The notes: generated from the letters alone by a model not told the origin. Shown: positions 8,314 to 18,561, counted from the first letter of the stretch. The stretch: DNA of 58,489 nucleotides from Candidatus Magasanikiibacteriota bacterium (GCA_042218065.1 JBDGRL010000087.1:1-58489), one strand, 5' to 3'. Program-made: numbers and translations.

Positions 8314-10431
8314 TTATTGGTTTTTGCCGGTGATTTCTCTTTCAACATTTTTTGGAACTTCTTGGTACTCTTCAAATTCCATAGTGTAGTCCCCTCTACC
8401 TTGAGTCATAGATCGAAGTTGAGTAGCATACCCAAACATTTCAGATAGTGGCACCATAGCTCTAATAACTTTTGATTTACCTCTTTCACCCATCTCTAAA
8501 ATTTGCCCTCTTTTTGAGTTTATATCACCCATTACATCTCCCATATTATCTTCCGGAGTGATAACTTCTACTTTCATGACCGGCTCTAACATCACAGGGT
8601 CAGCATCTTTCACTGCATCTTTAAAAGCTTTATCTCCAGCCATTTTAAAGGCAACCTCAGAAGAGTCAACTTCGTGAAAACTACCATCATAACAAGTTGC
8701 TTTTACTCCGGTCATAGGATAACCACCTACGACTCCACGGTCCATGGCTTCTTTAATTCCTTTTTTGACTGAAGGTATAAACTCACGTGGAATTACTCCA
8801 CCTTTTATCTCATCTACGAATAGGTAGCCGTCTTCCACATCTTCTTCTTCAATTCCTTCTTCTTCCTCTACATTTAGAGGCTCAATTTCTATTAAGCAGT
8901 GACCGTATTGACCTCTACCACCGGATTGTTTGATGTATTCACCTTCGCCTTTTGCTTCACTTCTTATAGTTTCTTTATATGCTACTTGTGGTTCACCTAT
9001 ATCCGCATTTACATCAAACTCATCTTGTAATCTTTTCAGGATAACCTCCAAGTGAAGTTCTCCCATACCAGAAATAATAGTCTGTAGAGTATCTTCATCC
9101 TTGCTAATATCAAAAGTTGGGTCCTCTTCGGAAAGTTTTTGAAGAGCTGTACCCATTTTTTCCTGATCTTTTTTGCTTTCGGGCTCAATAGCTACGGAAA
9201 TGACAGGATCAGGGAAAGTGATATTTTCCAAGACAACTTCTCGATCTTCAGAACAAATAGTATCACCGGTAACAGTATTATCTAGTCCGACTGCTGCAGC
9301 AATTTCACCGGCATGAACCTTGTCGACCTCCTCTCTCTTGTTAGCATGCATTCGCACCATCCTGCTTACTCGCTCTTTTTCTTCTGTATTTGTATTTATT
9401 ACGTAACTTCCGGATTCAAGAGTGCCGGAATAAACTCGGAAGAAAACTAGCTTGCCAACATAAGGATCAGTAGCAACCTTAAAAGCTAGAGCTGAGAATG
9501 GCTCGTCGTCATCTGCATGAATTTTCACTTCGTCCTCTTCTTCTACATCAGGATCTAATAGTTCAGCCTCTTTAGCTGGAATATCTTTCGGTGACGGCAG
9601 ATAATCAACCACGCCGTCAAGCATAGGTTGAATTCCTATATTATGCAAAGCAGAACCACACATTACTGGATACATCTCATCATCCAGTACTAGTGTTCGT
9701 ATAGCATCCTTGATTTCTTCTACTGTGATCTCTTCATCATTTAGATATTTTTCCATCATGTCTTCACTAGCCTCTGCTACTTTTTCCATCATTTTTTCTC
9801 GGTATTCTTCTGCTTTGTCCTCATACTCTTCTGGAATCTCATGCTCTACTACCTCAGCACCATATTCTCCTTCGAATGTATACGCTTTTTGTTCAATTAA
9901 ATCAATGACACCTTTGTGATCATCTTCTGTTCCCCAAGGCAGTTGAATCGCATAAGCTTCATCAGAAAGCCGCTCATGAATCGAGTCTAATGTCATCTCA
10001 AAATCAGCTCCAGTCTTGTCCATCTTATTGGCAAAACAAAAACGAGGGACTTCATATTTATCTGCTTGACGCCATACTGTTTCTGACTGAGGTTCTACAC
10101 CCTGAGAAGCATCGAAGATCGCAATTGATCCATCAAGAACTCGAAGGGAGCGCTCAACTTCAACTGTAAAGTCTACGTGTCCAGGAGTGTCAATAATGTT
10201 AATACGATTATCTTCCCAAAAACAGGTGGTAGCAGCAGATGTAATAGTAATACCACGCTCTTTTTCTTGGTCCATCCAGTCCATATCTGCTTCACCTTCG
10301 TGGGTTTCTCCAATTTTGTGTTTTCTGCCTGTATAATAAAGGATACGCTCAGTAGCGGTAGTTTTTCCCGCATCAATGTGCGCCATTATTCCTATGTTTC
10401 TGATTTGTTCGAGTGGATATTCCCGTGCCAT
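8314..10431 (-). CDS. fusA: Translation elongation factor G
   Basis: [28 protein letters not shown]. Full-length 705 aa, downstream of rpsG. Confidence 0.98.
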   Translation of the reverse strand: MAREYPLEQIRNIGIMAHIDAGKTTATERILYYTGRKHKIGETHEGEADMDWMDQEKERGITITSAATTCFWEDNRINIIDTPGHVDFTVEVERSLRVLDGSIAIFDASQGVEPQSETVWRQADKYEVPRFCFANKMDKTGADFEMTLDSIHERLSDEAYAIQLPWGTEDDHKGVIDLIEQKAYTFEGEYGAEVVEHEIPEEYEDKAEEYREKMMEKVAEASEDMMEKYLNDEEITVEEIKDAIRTLVLDDEMYPVMCGSALHNIGIQPMLDGVVDYLPSPKDIPAKEAELLDPDVEEEDEVKIHADDDEPFSALAFKVATDPYVGKLVFFRVYSGTLESGSYVINTNTEEKERVSRMVRMHANKREEVDKVHAGEIAAAVGLDNTVTGDTICSEDREVVLENITFPDPVISVAIEPESKKDQEKMGTALQKLSEEDPTFDISKDEDTLQTIISGMGELHLEVILKRLQDEFDVNADIGEPQVAYKETIRSEAKGEGEYIKQSGGRGQYGHCLIEIEPLNVEEEEGIEEEDVEDGYLFVDEIKGGVIPREFIPSVKKGIKEAMDRGVVGGYPMTGVKATCYDGSFHEVDSSEVAFKMAGDKAFKDAVKDADPVMLEPVMKVEVITPEDNMGDVMGDINSKRGQILEMGERGKSKVIRAMVPLSEMFGYATQLRSMTQGRGDYTMEFEEYQEVPKNVEREITGKNQ

Positions 10432-10514
10432 TAGTTTGTAGTTAGATTATATAAATAAAAAAATAGACTAAGCGTTCTTATCTGAATTTAACCTTGCTAT
10501 TAATGAGGTTAAAT

Positions 10515-10991
10515 TTAAGTTTTGATGAATTTAGCAAAGTGAGCAAAAGCTTTGTTGGCTTCTGCCATTCGGTGCACCTCTTCTTTTCTTCTGATTGCAT
10601 TGCCTTCTTCCTGAAGTGCTGCATTTAGCTCCCCGGTCAATCTTTTTGACATATTTTCTTCAGATCTATCTTTAGCAGAGTTTATAATCCAACGAAAAGC
10701 TAGTGCATATCTCCTATCACCAGCTACCGTTATAGGTATGTTATAGTTGGCGCCACCTACTCTACGCGATCGCACCTCCATATGTGGAGCAACTTTTTCT
10801 ACTGCTTTTTCCCATAATTCTAAAGGTTCTTCATCTTCACCTTCAGCTAAATCCTCAATAGCCTCATAAACAGTCCTTCTAGCCAACTGCTTTTTACCTT
10901 CTTGCATTACATAATTAATAAACTTTGCTAGTTTTTCACTATCATATTTTGGGTCCGGTTTAACTTCTCCGGCTTGTAGCGGTTCAGACAT
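10515..10991 (-). CDS. rpsG: 30S ribosomal protein S7
   Basis: Typical S7 sequence (MEVRSRRVGGANYNIPI, KAFAHF) and str-operon position. Confidence 0.97.
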   Translation of the reverse strand: MSEPLQAGEVKPDPKYDSEKLAKFINYVMQEGKKQLARRTVYEAIEDLAEGEDEEPLELWEKAVEKVAPHMEVRSRRVGGANYNIPITVAGDRRYALAFRWIINSAKDRSEENMSKRLTGELNAALQEEGNAIRRKEEVHRMAEANKAFAHFAKFIKT

Positions 10992-11025
10992 AAGTTAATG
11001 TTGATTAAGATTTCGAAGAAAATTA

Positions 11026-11442
11026 TTAATTAGGTTTTTTGGTTCCATAAAGAGACCTGCTGGTCTTTCTTCCTTCTACTCCTTCCGTGTCATATACACC
11101 ACGAACCACAGTATAATTTACACCAGGACAGTCCTTTACACCTCCACCTTTAACTAATACAATAGAGTGCTCCTGAAGGTTGTGGCCTTCCCCTGGAATA
11201 TAAGCAATAATTCTCGCCCCATTAGAAAGCCTAACCTTGGCTACTTTTCTTAGAGCAGAGTTCGGCTTCTTGGGTGCTCTTGTATACACCTTAGTACAAA
11301 CTCCTCGTTTAAACGGAGCTCCTTCATCCAACTGATTCTTTTCTCTGCCTAGATCATTATAAGTATATTGTAGATCCGGTGATTCGGATTTCTCCTTTTT
11401 TCGATCTCTACCTTTTCGAACTAATTGATTAATGGTTGGCAT
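11026..11442 (-). CDS. rpsL: 30S ribosomal protein S12
   Basis: [12 protein letters not shown] ... [19 protein letters not shown] ... [18 protein letters not shown]. Confidence 0.98.
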   Translation of the reverse strand: MPTINQLVRKGRDRKKEKSESPDLQYTYNDLGREKNQLDEGAPFKRGVCTKVYTRAPKKPNSALRKVAKVRLSNGARIIAYIPGEGHNLQEHSIVLVKGGGVKDCPGVNYTVVRGVYDTEGVEGRKTSRSLYGTKKPN

Positions 11443-11493
11443 AGAAATTATCTTTTGTTTCTAAAAGTTAATTGAAAATTATAAAGCAGAAAA

Positions 11494-11522
11494 ATTATAT
11501 AATAAGTTTTATCTTTTGTCAA
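11494..11522 (-). promoter_or_regulatory. Consensus sigma70-type promoter of the rpsL-rpsG-fusA operon
   Basis: Minus strand reads TTGACA (11522-11517), 17-nt spacer, TATAAT (11499-11494). Confidence 0.7.
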
Positions 11523-11592
11523 GGAAGTGGTTTTAATAAATTTAGCCCCGACTCTTTTCAAAGCCGAGGCCTCTGTAGTTTTGTGGACCCTC

Positions 11593-12096
11593 CTATTCTC
11601 CTCTCAGATGTTCTTTTAGAATTTTTCTGACGTACGTTTGAATACCAACATCTTCTTCCTGCGCTCTTTCTTCTAGCTCTTCTACTTTTTCTTCACCAAG
11701 ACGAATGGGGGGTAGTTCTTTAATTCTAAGCATTTCATCAAGTTCTTCTTCCTCTTCTGGCTTCGCTGATATCTTCGGAAATTCATACTCACCCTCGTAC
11801 CACTGTCTAGCCATTGCTTCTAAATCCTCTCTTGAATATGTTTTCTCTGGAAGCTCATCTTGCAAAAAATTCGAGATTGCTCTTCTAAGGAGGGCTTGAT
11901 AATTAGAGCCCTCTTCGGTTGCTAAGTACTTTAGTAGTTGAATAGACCCCTTTCTCAAACGTACTGTAACCTTTTTAAGTTCATACATTTCTTCTAAATC
12001 TCTCTCTTGTTCTTCTGATAGTTCCGAAGTATCCCCTTTTATTGGGTAGTAACTCATAAGCAATTCTATCCAGTCAAGTATGTCGTAACCCATCAT
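11593..12096 (-). CDS. Hypothetical acidic protein with two ribbon-helix-helix/CopG-BrnA-like C-terminal modules
   Basis: The start was moved to the ATGATG preceded by AAGGAGGT (12101-12108). Two similar segments are present: GSNYQALLRRAISNFL and GIQTYVRKILKEHL. Confidence 0.4.
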   Translation of the reverse strand: MMGYDILDWIELLMSYYPIKGDTSELSEEQERDLEEMYELKKVTVRLRKGSIQLLKYLATEEGSNYQALLRRAISNFLQDELPEKTYSREDLEAMARQWYEGEYEFPKISAKPEEEEELDEMLRIKELPPIRLGEEKVEELEERAQEEDVGIQTYVRKILKEHLRGE

Positions 12097-12182
12097 TTGA
12101 ACCTCCTTAAAGGTTAGAGGAAAGACTTCTAATGATCGACAGTTCATTAGCATTAAAACAAAAAAATTAGTTTTGTCAAATA

Positions 12183-12806
12183 CTAAAACAAAACCATACC
12201 ACCAGTAAATAAACTTGTAAGATACCGAATAACAGGAATTATCAATTCAAAACCGAAGAGCAAAAAAATAATGAGTATAAGAAACTTATATCTCCTAAGC
12301 TTTATCTCAATCTCTTTGTAAGATGCTGGCAAGAAAGCAAACAATACTTTTGACCCATCTAGTGGAGGAATCGGGACCATATTAAAAACTCCCAACAACA
12401 CATTCACAAACACTATAATCAAAAGCGGTTGAACCATAGCAGAGCTAGCTGGAAAAATTTGTATAATCAAACCAAATACGGCTGCTAGAGCAAAGTTTGA
12501 TAGTGGACCAGCTAAAGCTACCCACATCGGACCCCACTTTTGATCATTTAAATTACGGTGATTTATCGGTACGGGCTTTGCATAAGCAAATAGAAAATTA
12601 CCACCACTAACCAATAATAAAAATAAAGGCATTAAAATAGTACCCATCATATCTATGTGCGCTCTCGGATCAAGTGTAAGCCTGCCTCTATGTTTAGCTG
12701 TGGGGTCTCCCAGCTCATTTGCCATCCACCCATGAGCATATTCATGAATAATTGCAGATGGCACTACAAATATAAAATAAAATAATGCCTGGTAAGCTAT
12801 ATTCAT
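12183..12806 (-). CDS. Site-2 protease family (M50) membrane metalloprotease
   Basis: HEYAHGWMA (HExxH) in the first TM region, multiple TM helices, and a PIPPLDGSKV motif. Confidence 0.75.
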   Translation of the reverse strand: MNIAYQALFYFIFVVPSAIIHEYAHGWMANELGDPTAKHRGRLTLDPRAHIDMMGTILMPLFLLLVSGGNFLFAYAKPVPINHRNLNDQKWGPMWVALAGPLSNFALAAVFGLIIQIFPASSAMVQPLLIIVFVNVLLGVFNMVPIPPLDGSKVLFAFLPASYKEIEIKLRRYKFLILIIFLLFGFELIIPVIRYLTSLFTGGMVLF

Positions 12807-12812
12807 CTCTTA

Positions 12813-12841
12813 TTGACAAAATAGATTAAATGCAGTATAAT
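12813..12841 (+). promoter_or_regulatory. Consensus promoter of rpmB
   Basis: TTGACA (12813-12818), 17 nt, TATAAT (12836-12841). Confidence 0.7.
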
Positions 12842-12887
12842 TCACTGCTGTAGAGTATAAAAATAATTTTACTAATAATCAAATCTT

Positions 12888-13049
12888 ATGGCTAGAAAAT
12901 GTGAAGAATGCGGAAAAGGGTCAAAAAAAGCCGCTCATCGTAGTGATGCCAACAACAAAACTATAAGAAGACAAAAACCAAATCTTCAAAAATGGCACGG
13001 AAAAAAGTTGTGCACAAGGTGTATAAAGAAAAAATCAAAAGCTAATTAA
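12888..13049 (+). CDS. rpmB: 50S ribosomal protein L28 (53 aa, absent from the ORF track)
   Basis: My translation is MARKCEECGKGSKKAAHRSDANNKTIRRQKPNLQKWHGKKLCTRCIKKKSKAN. It matches the L28 pattern MAxxCxxxGK ... SHxNNKTKRRxxPNLQ. Confidence 0.85.
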   Translation: MARKCEECGKGSKKAAHRSDANNKTIRRQKPNLQKWHGKKLCTRCIKKKSKAN

Positions 13050-13104
13050 ATATAGCTAAGTTTAAGTTATAAGTTTTGTACTTAGCAGTACTTTATTTTC
13101 TCAA

Positions 13105-13140
13105 AACAAAAGAGGCTGCTACTCAGCAGCCTCTTTTTTA
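13105..13140. terminator. Bidirectional intrinsic terminator between rpmB and the PEBP gene
   Basis: Stem GAGGCTGCT (13112-13120) / AGCAGCCTC (13125-13133), with an A-run upstream and a T-run downstream. Confidence 0.75.
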
Positions 13141-13161
13141 TCCTAACTAATTTTTATTAAA

Positions 13162-13602
13162 TTACTCTCTGCTGTATTTACCCATTAACTCGCTTGAGTC
13201 TATAACACGCTCCTTGATTGCAGTCTCTAAATCTGATTTCCCAGCTCCAGCTTCTAGATTTATCTCTTCCTCAAGAGCATAAAGCTTGAAAAAGTATCTA
13301 TGAGTTCCAGAAGGAGGACAAGGTCCGCCATAACCAATGCTACCAAAGTCTGTACTACCCTCGATAGCTCCTTCTGGAGTTTCGTCTTCTTCTATAGCTC
13401 CAACATCAGGGTCAATATTCCATACGGTCCAATGAGTAAAGGTTCCTCCGGGAGCATCTGGGTCCTCGACAATCAAAGCTAGAGACTTGGCACGCTCAGG
13501 TGTTTCTGATATTTCCAACCTTGGATTGATGTCTTCGCCATCACAAGTAAATTTTTCAGGAATTTCCCCCTCCTGGTTAAATGCAGGACTTGTAAGCTTC
13601 AT
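13162..13602 (-). CDS. YbhB/YbcL-family (PEBP / Raf-kinase-inhibitor-like) protein
   Basis: DPDAPGGTFTHW and GPCPPSGTHRYFFKLYAL signature motifs. Confidence 0.88.
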   Translation of the reverse strand: MKLTSPAFNQEGEIPEKFTCDGEDINPRLEISETPERAKSLALIVEDPDAPGGTFTHWTVWNIDPDVGAIEEDETPEGAIEGSTDFGSIGYGGPCPPSGTHRYFFKLYALEEEINLEAGAGKSDLETAIKERVIDSSELMGKYSRE

Positions 13603-13698
13603 ATTTAAGTATTATTAAAATTATTTAATTTATAAGAATATTCTTCTATCACTGCAGCCACAACTTGAGGATAACATACCAGTAAAATAAAGAAAATG

Positions 13699-14643
13699 TT
13701 AACTCTTAGAACAAACAGTGCCTTTGTTCCTATGCTTAGGACGGAAATGGTTAGAAGCTTCTGGTCTTTTATTGTCCGGATTTTGAATAAAATCTTTACA
13801 TTCTTGAGAACAAGCATTATTAAGCTCCTTCATGCAACCGTTGCAACCAATAAATAATTTATTACAATGCTTGTTCATACAGTTTCTATATTTTTTACAA
13901 GGCTCATTGCAAATATCACACTCAGACGGTATGCTATCATCCACTTCTATGCTAACCCGGTCATCGAATACAAAACAGTCACCGATATAGAAACCTTCAT
14001 CTCCATATTTATCTACATACTTCATAATTCCACCTTCTAATTGATATAAATTATCTGGATCAAATCCGTTATTTATTAACATAGCTGAAGCTGGTTCACA
14101 ACGAATACCTCCAGTACAGAAAAGTACTATTTTCTTGCCTTTGAATTGCTCATAAAAACCCAAATTCTCGGGTAAATCTCTAAAGTACTTCATAGGAGGT
14201 CTTACGACCCCCTTGAATCTACCTATCCTCCACTCATAATCATTTCTCATATCTAATAAAACCAGGTTATCCTGCTCTTGCTGCATCCACAAATGTAAAG
14301 TTTTTGGTTTTATATGCTGTGCTCTATTACAAATGTTATATTGCTCTTTAGCATCTGTAGTTACCAATTCATCTCGGTGTTTTACTGATAAGTCGGGAAA
14401 AGGTAGTTCTTCAGATTCACTTTCCTTAAAATCAATACCGGAAAGAAGTTCATGCTGTTTAGTATAATTCTTATATTTCTCTATTGATTCTTTCTCGCCA
14501 CCCAAAGTGCCGTTTATCCCATTTTCGCTTATTAATACTCTACCCTTAAGTCGTAAAGCTTTACAAACTTCTTCGTGTGTAGATGCAATCTTCTGTGGGT
14601 TATCTATATCTACATACTTGTAATAGAGTAGTACTTGGTACAT
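13699..14643 (-). CDS. trhO: Rhodanese-domain tRNA uridine(34) hydroxylase (UPF0176/YceA family)
   Basis: N-terminal LLYYKY, active-site loop FCTGGIRCE, and a Cys-rich C-terminal extension. Confidence 0.85.
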   Translation of the reverse strand: MYQVLLYYKYVDIDNPQKIASTHEEVCKALRLKGRVLISENGINGTLGGEKESIEKYKNYTKQHELLSGIDFKESESEELPFPDLSVKHRDELVTTDAKEQYNICNRAQHIKPKTLHLWMQQEQDNLVLLDMRNDYEWRIGRFKGVVRPPMKYFRDLPENLGFYEQFKGKKIVLFCTGGIRCEPASAMLINNGFDPDNLYQLEGGIMKYVDKYGDEGFYIGDCFVFDDRVSIEVDDSIPSECDICNEPCKKYRNCMNKHCNKLFIGCNGCMKELNNACSQECKDFIQNPDNKRPEASNHFRPKHRNKGTVCSKS

Positions 14644-14675
14644 AAAATCTGAATTATATAGTTATAAATCGGAAA

Positions 14676-15866
14676 TTATCTATTCTCAGTCTTATCTTTC
14701 ACTTGTTCCAACATAAGTTCTGCTTCCTGAGGATCTTCCGCTACAATAACACTAGCACATTTTTCAGGTAGACAAAAAGGGTTTGCAACAAAGGCACCTT
14801 TTTGATTTTCCGGATCATAATCCAAATTTTCCTGCTCAAAAATTTGATGTACTTCCTGAAATGTTTCCAAGTCAGGGTGTATATTGTGCATCAGCACACA
14901 CCTATCAGAATCTACTTGCTGGTTGATAAAATTAGGGTAAGAAGAGCCGTTGTACCTACAGTTGCATTCCAAAATCTTCCAGTCTCCTGATGAGCTTACC
15001 TTTAGGTCAAACCCGATCCTGCCATAATGTGGAAACTGCTCCACTATACTTCTGGTTGCTTGTTTGATATCATTTATTGTTTCCGTAGCGTCCCATGGGA
15101 ATACCTCTTGGGGTTCAGAAATTAAATTACCCTGATGTATACAATTGTCAATATATTGTCTGGTCCAGTACTGTAGTTCCGGCTCTCCATCTTTTTTAAT
15201 ATCCCAAGTTACACTAAACTCCTGGCCTTTATCATAAAACTCCTCTACTAAGAAAGGGTTTCCATCAGCAAAATCTTCTAGAAACTGATCAAACTCTTTA
15301 GAGTTAAAGTAAGATTTGTCTTCAACCCTCTGAGCCCCAACCCCGCTCGCCTTTTTAGGGTGCCGAACTAAAATATCATCATATTTTTGTGCCATGCTCT
15401 TGCCAGCTTTGGCTAACTCTTTATCCTCACAAACAGAATATTCTGTAAACCACTCTTCTTTACCTAAATCTCTCAGATGAGCTTTATTTTCAAGTTTCAT
15501 ATGAACTTCCGGAGGTTGTGTCTTCCACTGATGATCTTCAAACCCCCATTTTTCTTTGAACTGATTGGTATTCTCCCAAGAAACAAATGGTACTATAGTG
15601 TCACTTTCGTTGATAACTTCATCAAGCTTATTACTCTTATCTAAGGAATGAAACAAGGTTTCTCCATCTGCAGGAACTGACCATACTTTTTTGGGGCCTA
15701 AATTCATAGATTTCAGATAACTCACATAGTTATCCAGGTTCGGTTTCTCATACACTACCACACCTTCTGGGGATAACAGAGCACGAGCAGTATAATCTTC
15801 TACTCCGGATATGTAACCTTCCAAAAATTTTGTGAACAACTCTAAGCAATGTATATGTGTCTTCAT
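14676..15866 (-). CDS. ATP-grasp-like ligase, paralogue 1 (substrate unknown)
   Basis: HPKKASGVGAQ phosphate-binding-like loop and WKILECNCRYNGSS (ExN-type Mg site). It resembles the second copy at 16926-18329. Confidence 0.55.
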   Translation of the reverse strand: MKTHIHCLELFTKFLEGYISGVEDYTARALLSPEGVVVYEKPNLDNYVSYLKSMNLGPKKVWSVPADGETLFHSLDKSNKLDEVINESDTIVPFVSWENTNQFKEKWGFEDHQWKTQPPEVHMKLENKAHLRDLGKEEWFTEYSVCEDKELAKAGKSMAQKYDDILVRHPKKASGVGAQRVEDKSYFNSKEFDQFLEDFADGNPFLVEEFYDKGQEFSVTWDIKKDGEPELQYWTRQYIDNCIHQGNLISEPQEVFPWDATETINDIKQATRSIVEQFPHYGRIGFDLKVSSSGDWKILECNCRYNGSSYPNFINQQVDSDRCVLMHNIHPDLETFQEVHQIFEQENLDYDPENQKGAFVANPFCLPEKCASVIVAEDPQEAELMLEQVKDKTENR

Positions 15867-15905
15867 AACAAATTTACTTTTTAATTTAAATTTATGAATA
15901 AAAAT

Positions 15906-15931
15906 TTCAAAAACCCGCCGTTTCCGGCGGG
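15906..15931 (-). terminator. Intrinsic terminator between small ORF P1 and ATP-grasp 1
   Basis: The minus strand reads CCCGCCG-GAAA-CGGCGGG followed by TTTTTGAAATTTT. It is nearly identical to the terminator at 18401-18424. Confidence 0.8.
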
Positions 15932-15957
15932 CTCTTCTAGCTAATGCCTCTAGTTAA

Positions 15958-16047
15958 TCAAACAATAGAAAAGCCACGCCTCGGAGAACCGAGCACTAAA
16001 AACAGTACAAATACAAATAGATTTTGTTTGTAGTTTCCTTGTGTCAT
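15958..16047 (-). CDS. 29-codon small ORF P1 (MTQGNYKQNLFVFVLFLVLGSPRRGFSIV); coding status uncertain
   Basis: ATG lies 15 nt downstream of a consensus promoter -10. It has the same length and a related C-half as P2, and is followed by conserved helices and a terminator. Confidence 0.5.
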   Translation of the reverse strand: MTQGNYKQNLFVFVLFLVLGSPRRGFSIV

Positions 16048-16062
16048 AATTTTACAAATTAA

Positions 16063-16090
16063 ATTATACAATAAATATCTCTCTTGTCAA
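16063..16090 (-). promoter_or_regulatory. Consensus promoter driving P1 (and, by read-through, ATP-grasp 1)
   Basis: Minus strand reads TTGACA (16090-16085, overlapping the amidotransferase stop), 16 nt, TATAAT (16068-16063). Confidence 0.7.
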
Positions 16091-16803
16091 GATTCCTCAA
16101 CTACATCAACAAATCTATGCAGAACCTCAGTAGAATAAGAAGTATCACCAAAATCAGATAAGGCTTCATCTATATTATCAGCATAGGAAGGATAAAGTTC
16201 TAATCTGTATTTTAATCTTGCTCTAGTTAATTCTGGATGAAACAAAGTCCCCCAAACCTGCTTATCTTCTATTTTAAAAGCTTGAAAATCAACTCTATTA
16301 GAACCAGCCAACCTCACTACATTATTAGGTAAATCAATAATAGTATCTTGGTGAGCTAAAGTGACGTCAAAACCAGAATCTAAATTAGAAAATATCTTAC
16401 ACTTTTCACAATGATCAGTAAGACAAATCTCAAAAGCCCCTACTTCATGATAATGTTCATCATCCGTCAGCTCACCACCCTGATGCAGAGCAATTATTTG
16501 AGACCCCAAACAAACACCCAAAGTTGGAATGTCTGCACCTAAAATATAATCTAGATAAGAAAAAACCTCATCTTTCCATGTACCTTCACCATGACCTTTT
16601 GTAAGATAAAACTCCCCACTGCCTGCTAAGATGACTCCGTCTATTTCAGCTAGTAAAGAAATGTCTAAATCTTCTTCAGTTGCATTTATAAAACTGAGTT
16701 TAATATTTCTCTCTAATAGCTCATCCTTAAAACAATCTTGCTCGTGGTTTAAAGACTGATCTGTACGAAACTGTACCACGAGAACCTTTTTTTCTTCTGA
16801 CAT
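16087..16803 (-). CDS. Class-I glutamine amidotransferase-like protein (GATase1 / peptidase C26-like)
   Basis: Nucleophile elbow GVCLGSQIIA and a distal LFHPE His-Glu motif. The start was set to the ATG (MSEEKKVLVV) rather than the upstream GTG of the ORF track. Confidence 0.75.
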   Translation of the reverse strand: MSEEKKVLVVQFRTDQSLNHEQDCFKDELLERNIKLSFINATEEDLDISLLAEIDGVILAGSGEFYLTKGHGEGTWKDEVFSYLDYILGADIPTLGVCLGSQIIALHQGGELTDDEHYHEVGAFEICLTDHCEKCKIFSNLDSGFDVTLAHQDTIIDLPNNVVRLAGSNRVDFQAFKIEDKQVWGTLFHPELTRARLKYRLELYPSYADNIDEALSDFGDTSYSTEVLHRFVDVVEES

Positions 16804-16925
16804 AAAATGTTGATAATAATACCCCACTTTACTATAGACAAAAGCTTGCCTACAGAAGAGTAGGTGGCCGTTCCCAAAATGAGAACGGCCTTTTCCTTTT
16901 TTAAAGAGCTTAAAATCTAGTAGTT

Positions 16926-18329
16926 TTATTCTTTTCTTTGCAGTGCATTCCTTGCTTTTTCGAACTCATGCTTTGCTTCTGCAAAATCCTCGCCAAACGT
17001 ACACACTCCGCATTTATCTAGCCCCATATCCAACAATGGTGTATGGAACATGACTGTCTGAGTCGGGTTGGGTAGCCGTTCTTTGGCACTATGGTAAGAC
17101 TCGGCTTCCACTTGTAGCACATTACAACCTATTACAACTTTCGGTGCTCCCAAGCTTTCTTCCAGTTGCTTTTGGAGACCGTAGACATACCATGAGTGGC
17201 TTCCACGCGGATTGCACTCCAAAAGCAAAGCCTTTCCATCTTCAGTATACGCAAAATCAAAACAAACTTTACCACGATACCCTTTTTGGTACAGTATACT
17301 CGCAGCCTCCCCCCCGCACTCTCTCAATTTTAATCGAGCCTGAGTGCCCAACGGACCTAAAGGCACCTCTTGAGAACCAACAGCATTTCCCATGTGACCT
17401 ATATCATTTTTTATCAACTGATTTAAGGTAACCAGATCTCCAATCGGAGAATCTTTTCCAATGTTTTGCAGGCTTATGTATTGAAACTGTGGTCCATGAT
17501 CAGTGATATCGTAGATGATAGAGCACGGATGATGTTCGTAAACTTGCTCAACTATCGCTCCAACTTCTGGGTCCCAATTCTCTTCCAAGAAGCTTTGTGG
17601 TTTGTAAACACGAGAACCATTACCCCCATTTATTCCCGATCCTACTTCATCTTTAGAGGGGTAATACTTCTGACCTTCTCCAGAAGCTTTATCCGGACGC
17701 TTTACCACAACCGGTCCACATTTAGATAACCCATCAAAAACTCCTAGCAACTCTTCTCTACTTTCTACCACATAATTTTCAGGACACACCATGCAATCTT
17801 TTGCTTGAAGAGCCTCTCTCAGTCGAGCTTTATTTGCCCATTCTTCGTATTGTTCTTGAGAAGGATTCGTAACGTGTCGATCCCAATCCAATCCCAATTT
17901 TTTTACAAAATCAACTGCCTCAGGCTCACTAGAAAACAACTCCAGTTTGTAACCATCTTGAACTATCAGCTCGTAAATTTTTCTACCAGCATCAGATTTA
18001 AGCACATCATCATAAAAACTGTCTGTCTTTTGAGGGACCTCAATTATTTCTTCCGGTCCTAGCCCTTTTTCTTCTTTCAGATCCTTAAAATAGCTATCGA
18101 AGTCGAACCGAGGGTGAGTATAACTCACCATTTTCTCTACATCCACCAAGGCGACCCTGTTCCAATATGAATCTATCCCGGGAACATGCTGAAGGTGCTC
18201 CCAGTCTTCACCAACGTTGTGTAGAGCAATCGTGCTCATCTCCTCCTCCGTGAGTAACGGAAATGAACTCTCATCAACGGCAAGACCTACTCTTGCCGAT
18301 ACAACAGCTTTTAGCTGCTCAACCGGCAA
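16926..18329 (-). CDS. ATP-grasp-like ligase, paralogue 2 (substrate unknown)
   Basis: RPDKASGEGQ loop and ALLLECNPRGSHS. The ORF-track start is TTG, so the true start is uncertain (next ATG at residue 31). Confidence 0.55.
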   Translation of the reverse strand: MPVEQLKAVVSARVGLAVDESSFPLLTEEEMSTIALHNVGEDWEHLQHVPGIDSYWNRVALVDVEKMVSYTHPRFDFDSYFKDLKEEKGLGPEEIIEVPQKTDSFYDDVLKSDAGRKIYELIVQDGYKLELFSSEPEAVDFVKKLGLDWDRHVTNPSQEQYEEWANKARLREALQAKDCMVCPENYVVESREELLGVFDGLSKCGPVVVKRPDKASGEGQKYYPSKDEVGSGINGGNGSRVYKPQSFLEENWDPEVGAIVEQVYEHHPCSIIYDITDHGPQFQYISLQNIGKDSPIGDLVTLNQLIKNDIGHMGNAVGSQEVPLGPLGTQARLKLRECGGEAASILYQKGYRGKVCFDFAYTEDGKALLLECNPRGSHSWYVYGLQKQLEESLGAPKVVIGCNVLQVEAESYHSAKERLPNPTQTVMFHTPLLDMGLDKCGVCTFGEDFAEAKHEFEKARNALQRKE

Positions 18330-18400
18330 GAGTAGTTTGTGGTAATGCGACTTAAACTTACTAAATTAAGTCCTTTTTGTAAAGTGCTGATCAGAAAATT

Positions 18401-18424
18401 TAAAAAACCCGCTTTCTCAGCGGG
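18401..18424 (-). terminator. Intrinsic terminator between small ORF P2 and ATP-grasp 2
   Basis: The minus strand reads CCCGC-TGAGAAA-GCGGG followed by TTTTTTAAATTTT. Confidence 0.8.
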
Positions 18425-18451
18425 CTCTTCACGATATACTTATAAGATCTT

Positions 18452-18541
18452 CTATCTCAAATCATGAAGAGCTCCGCCTCGATAACCGAGGATCACCAGC
18501 AGAATTTCAATAATTTTAATAAATAATGAAAAGCTCTTCAT
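18452..18541 (-). CDS. 29-codon small ORF P2 (MKSFSLFIKIIEILLVILGYRGGALHDLR); coding status uncertain
   Basis: Paralogous to P1 in length, position and downstream RNA helices. A promoter-like TTGACA lies upstream. Confidence 0.5.
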   Translation of the reverse strand: MKSFSLFIKIIEILLVILGYRGGALHDLR

Positions 18542-18561
18542 AATTTTTCTTAACTATTCTT

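Noticed and set aside
13605-13817. 70-aa ORF overlapping the 3-prime end of trhO
   Set aside because: It lies in a different frame of the well-supported trhO C-terminal Cys-rich region and the spacer, and it has no translation signals.
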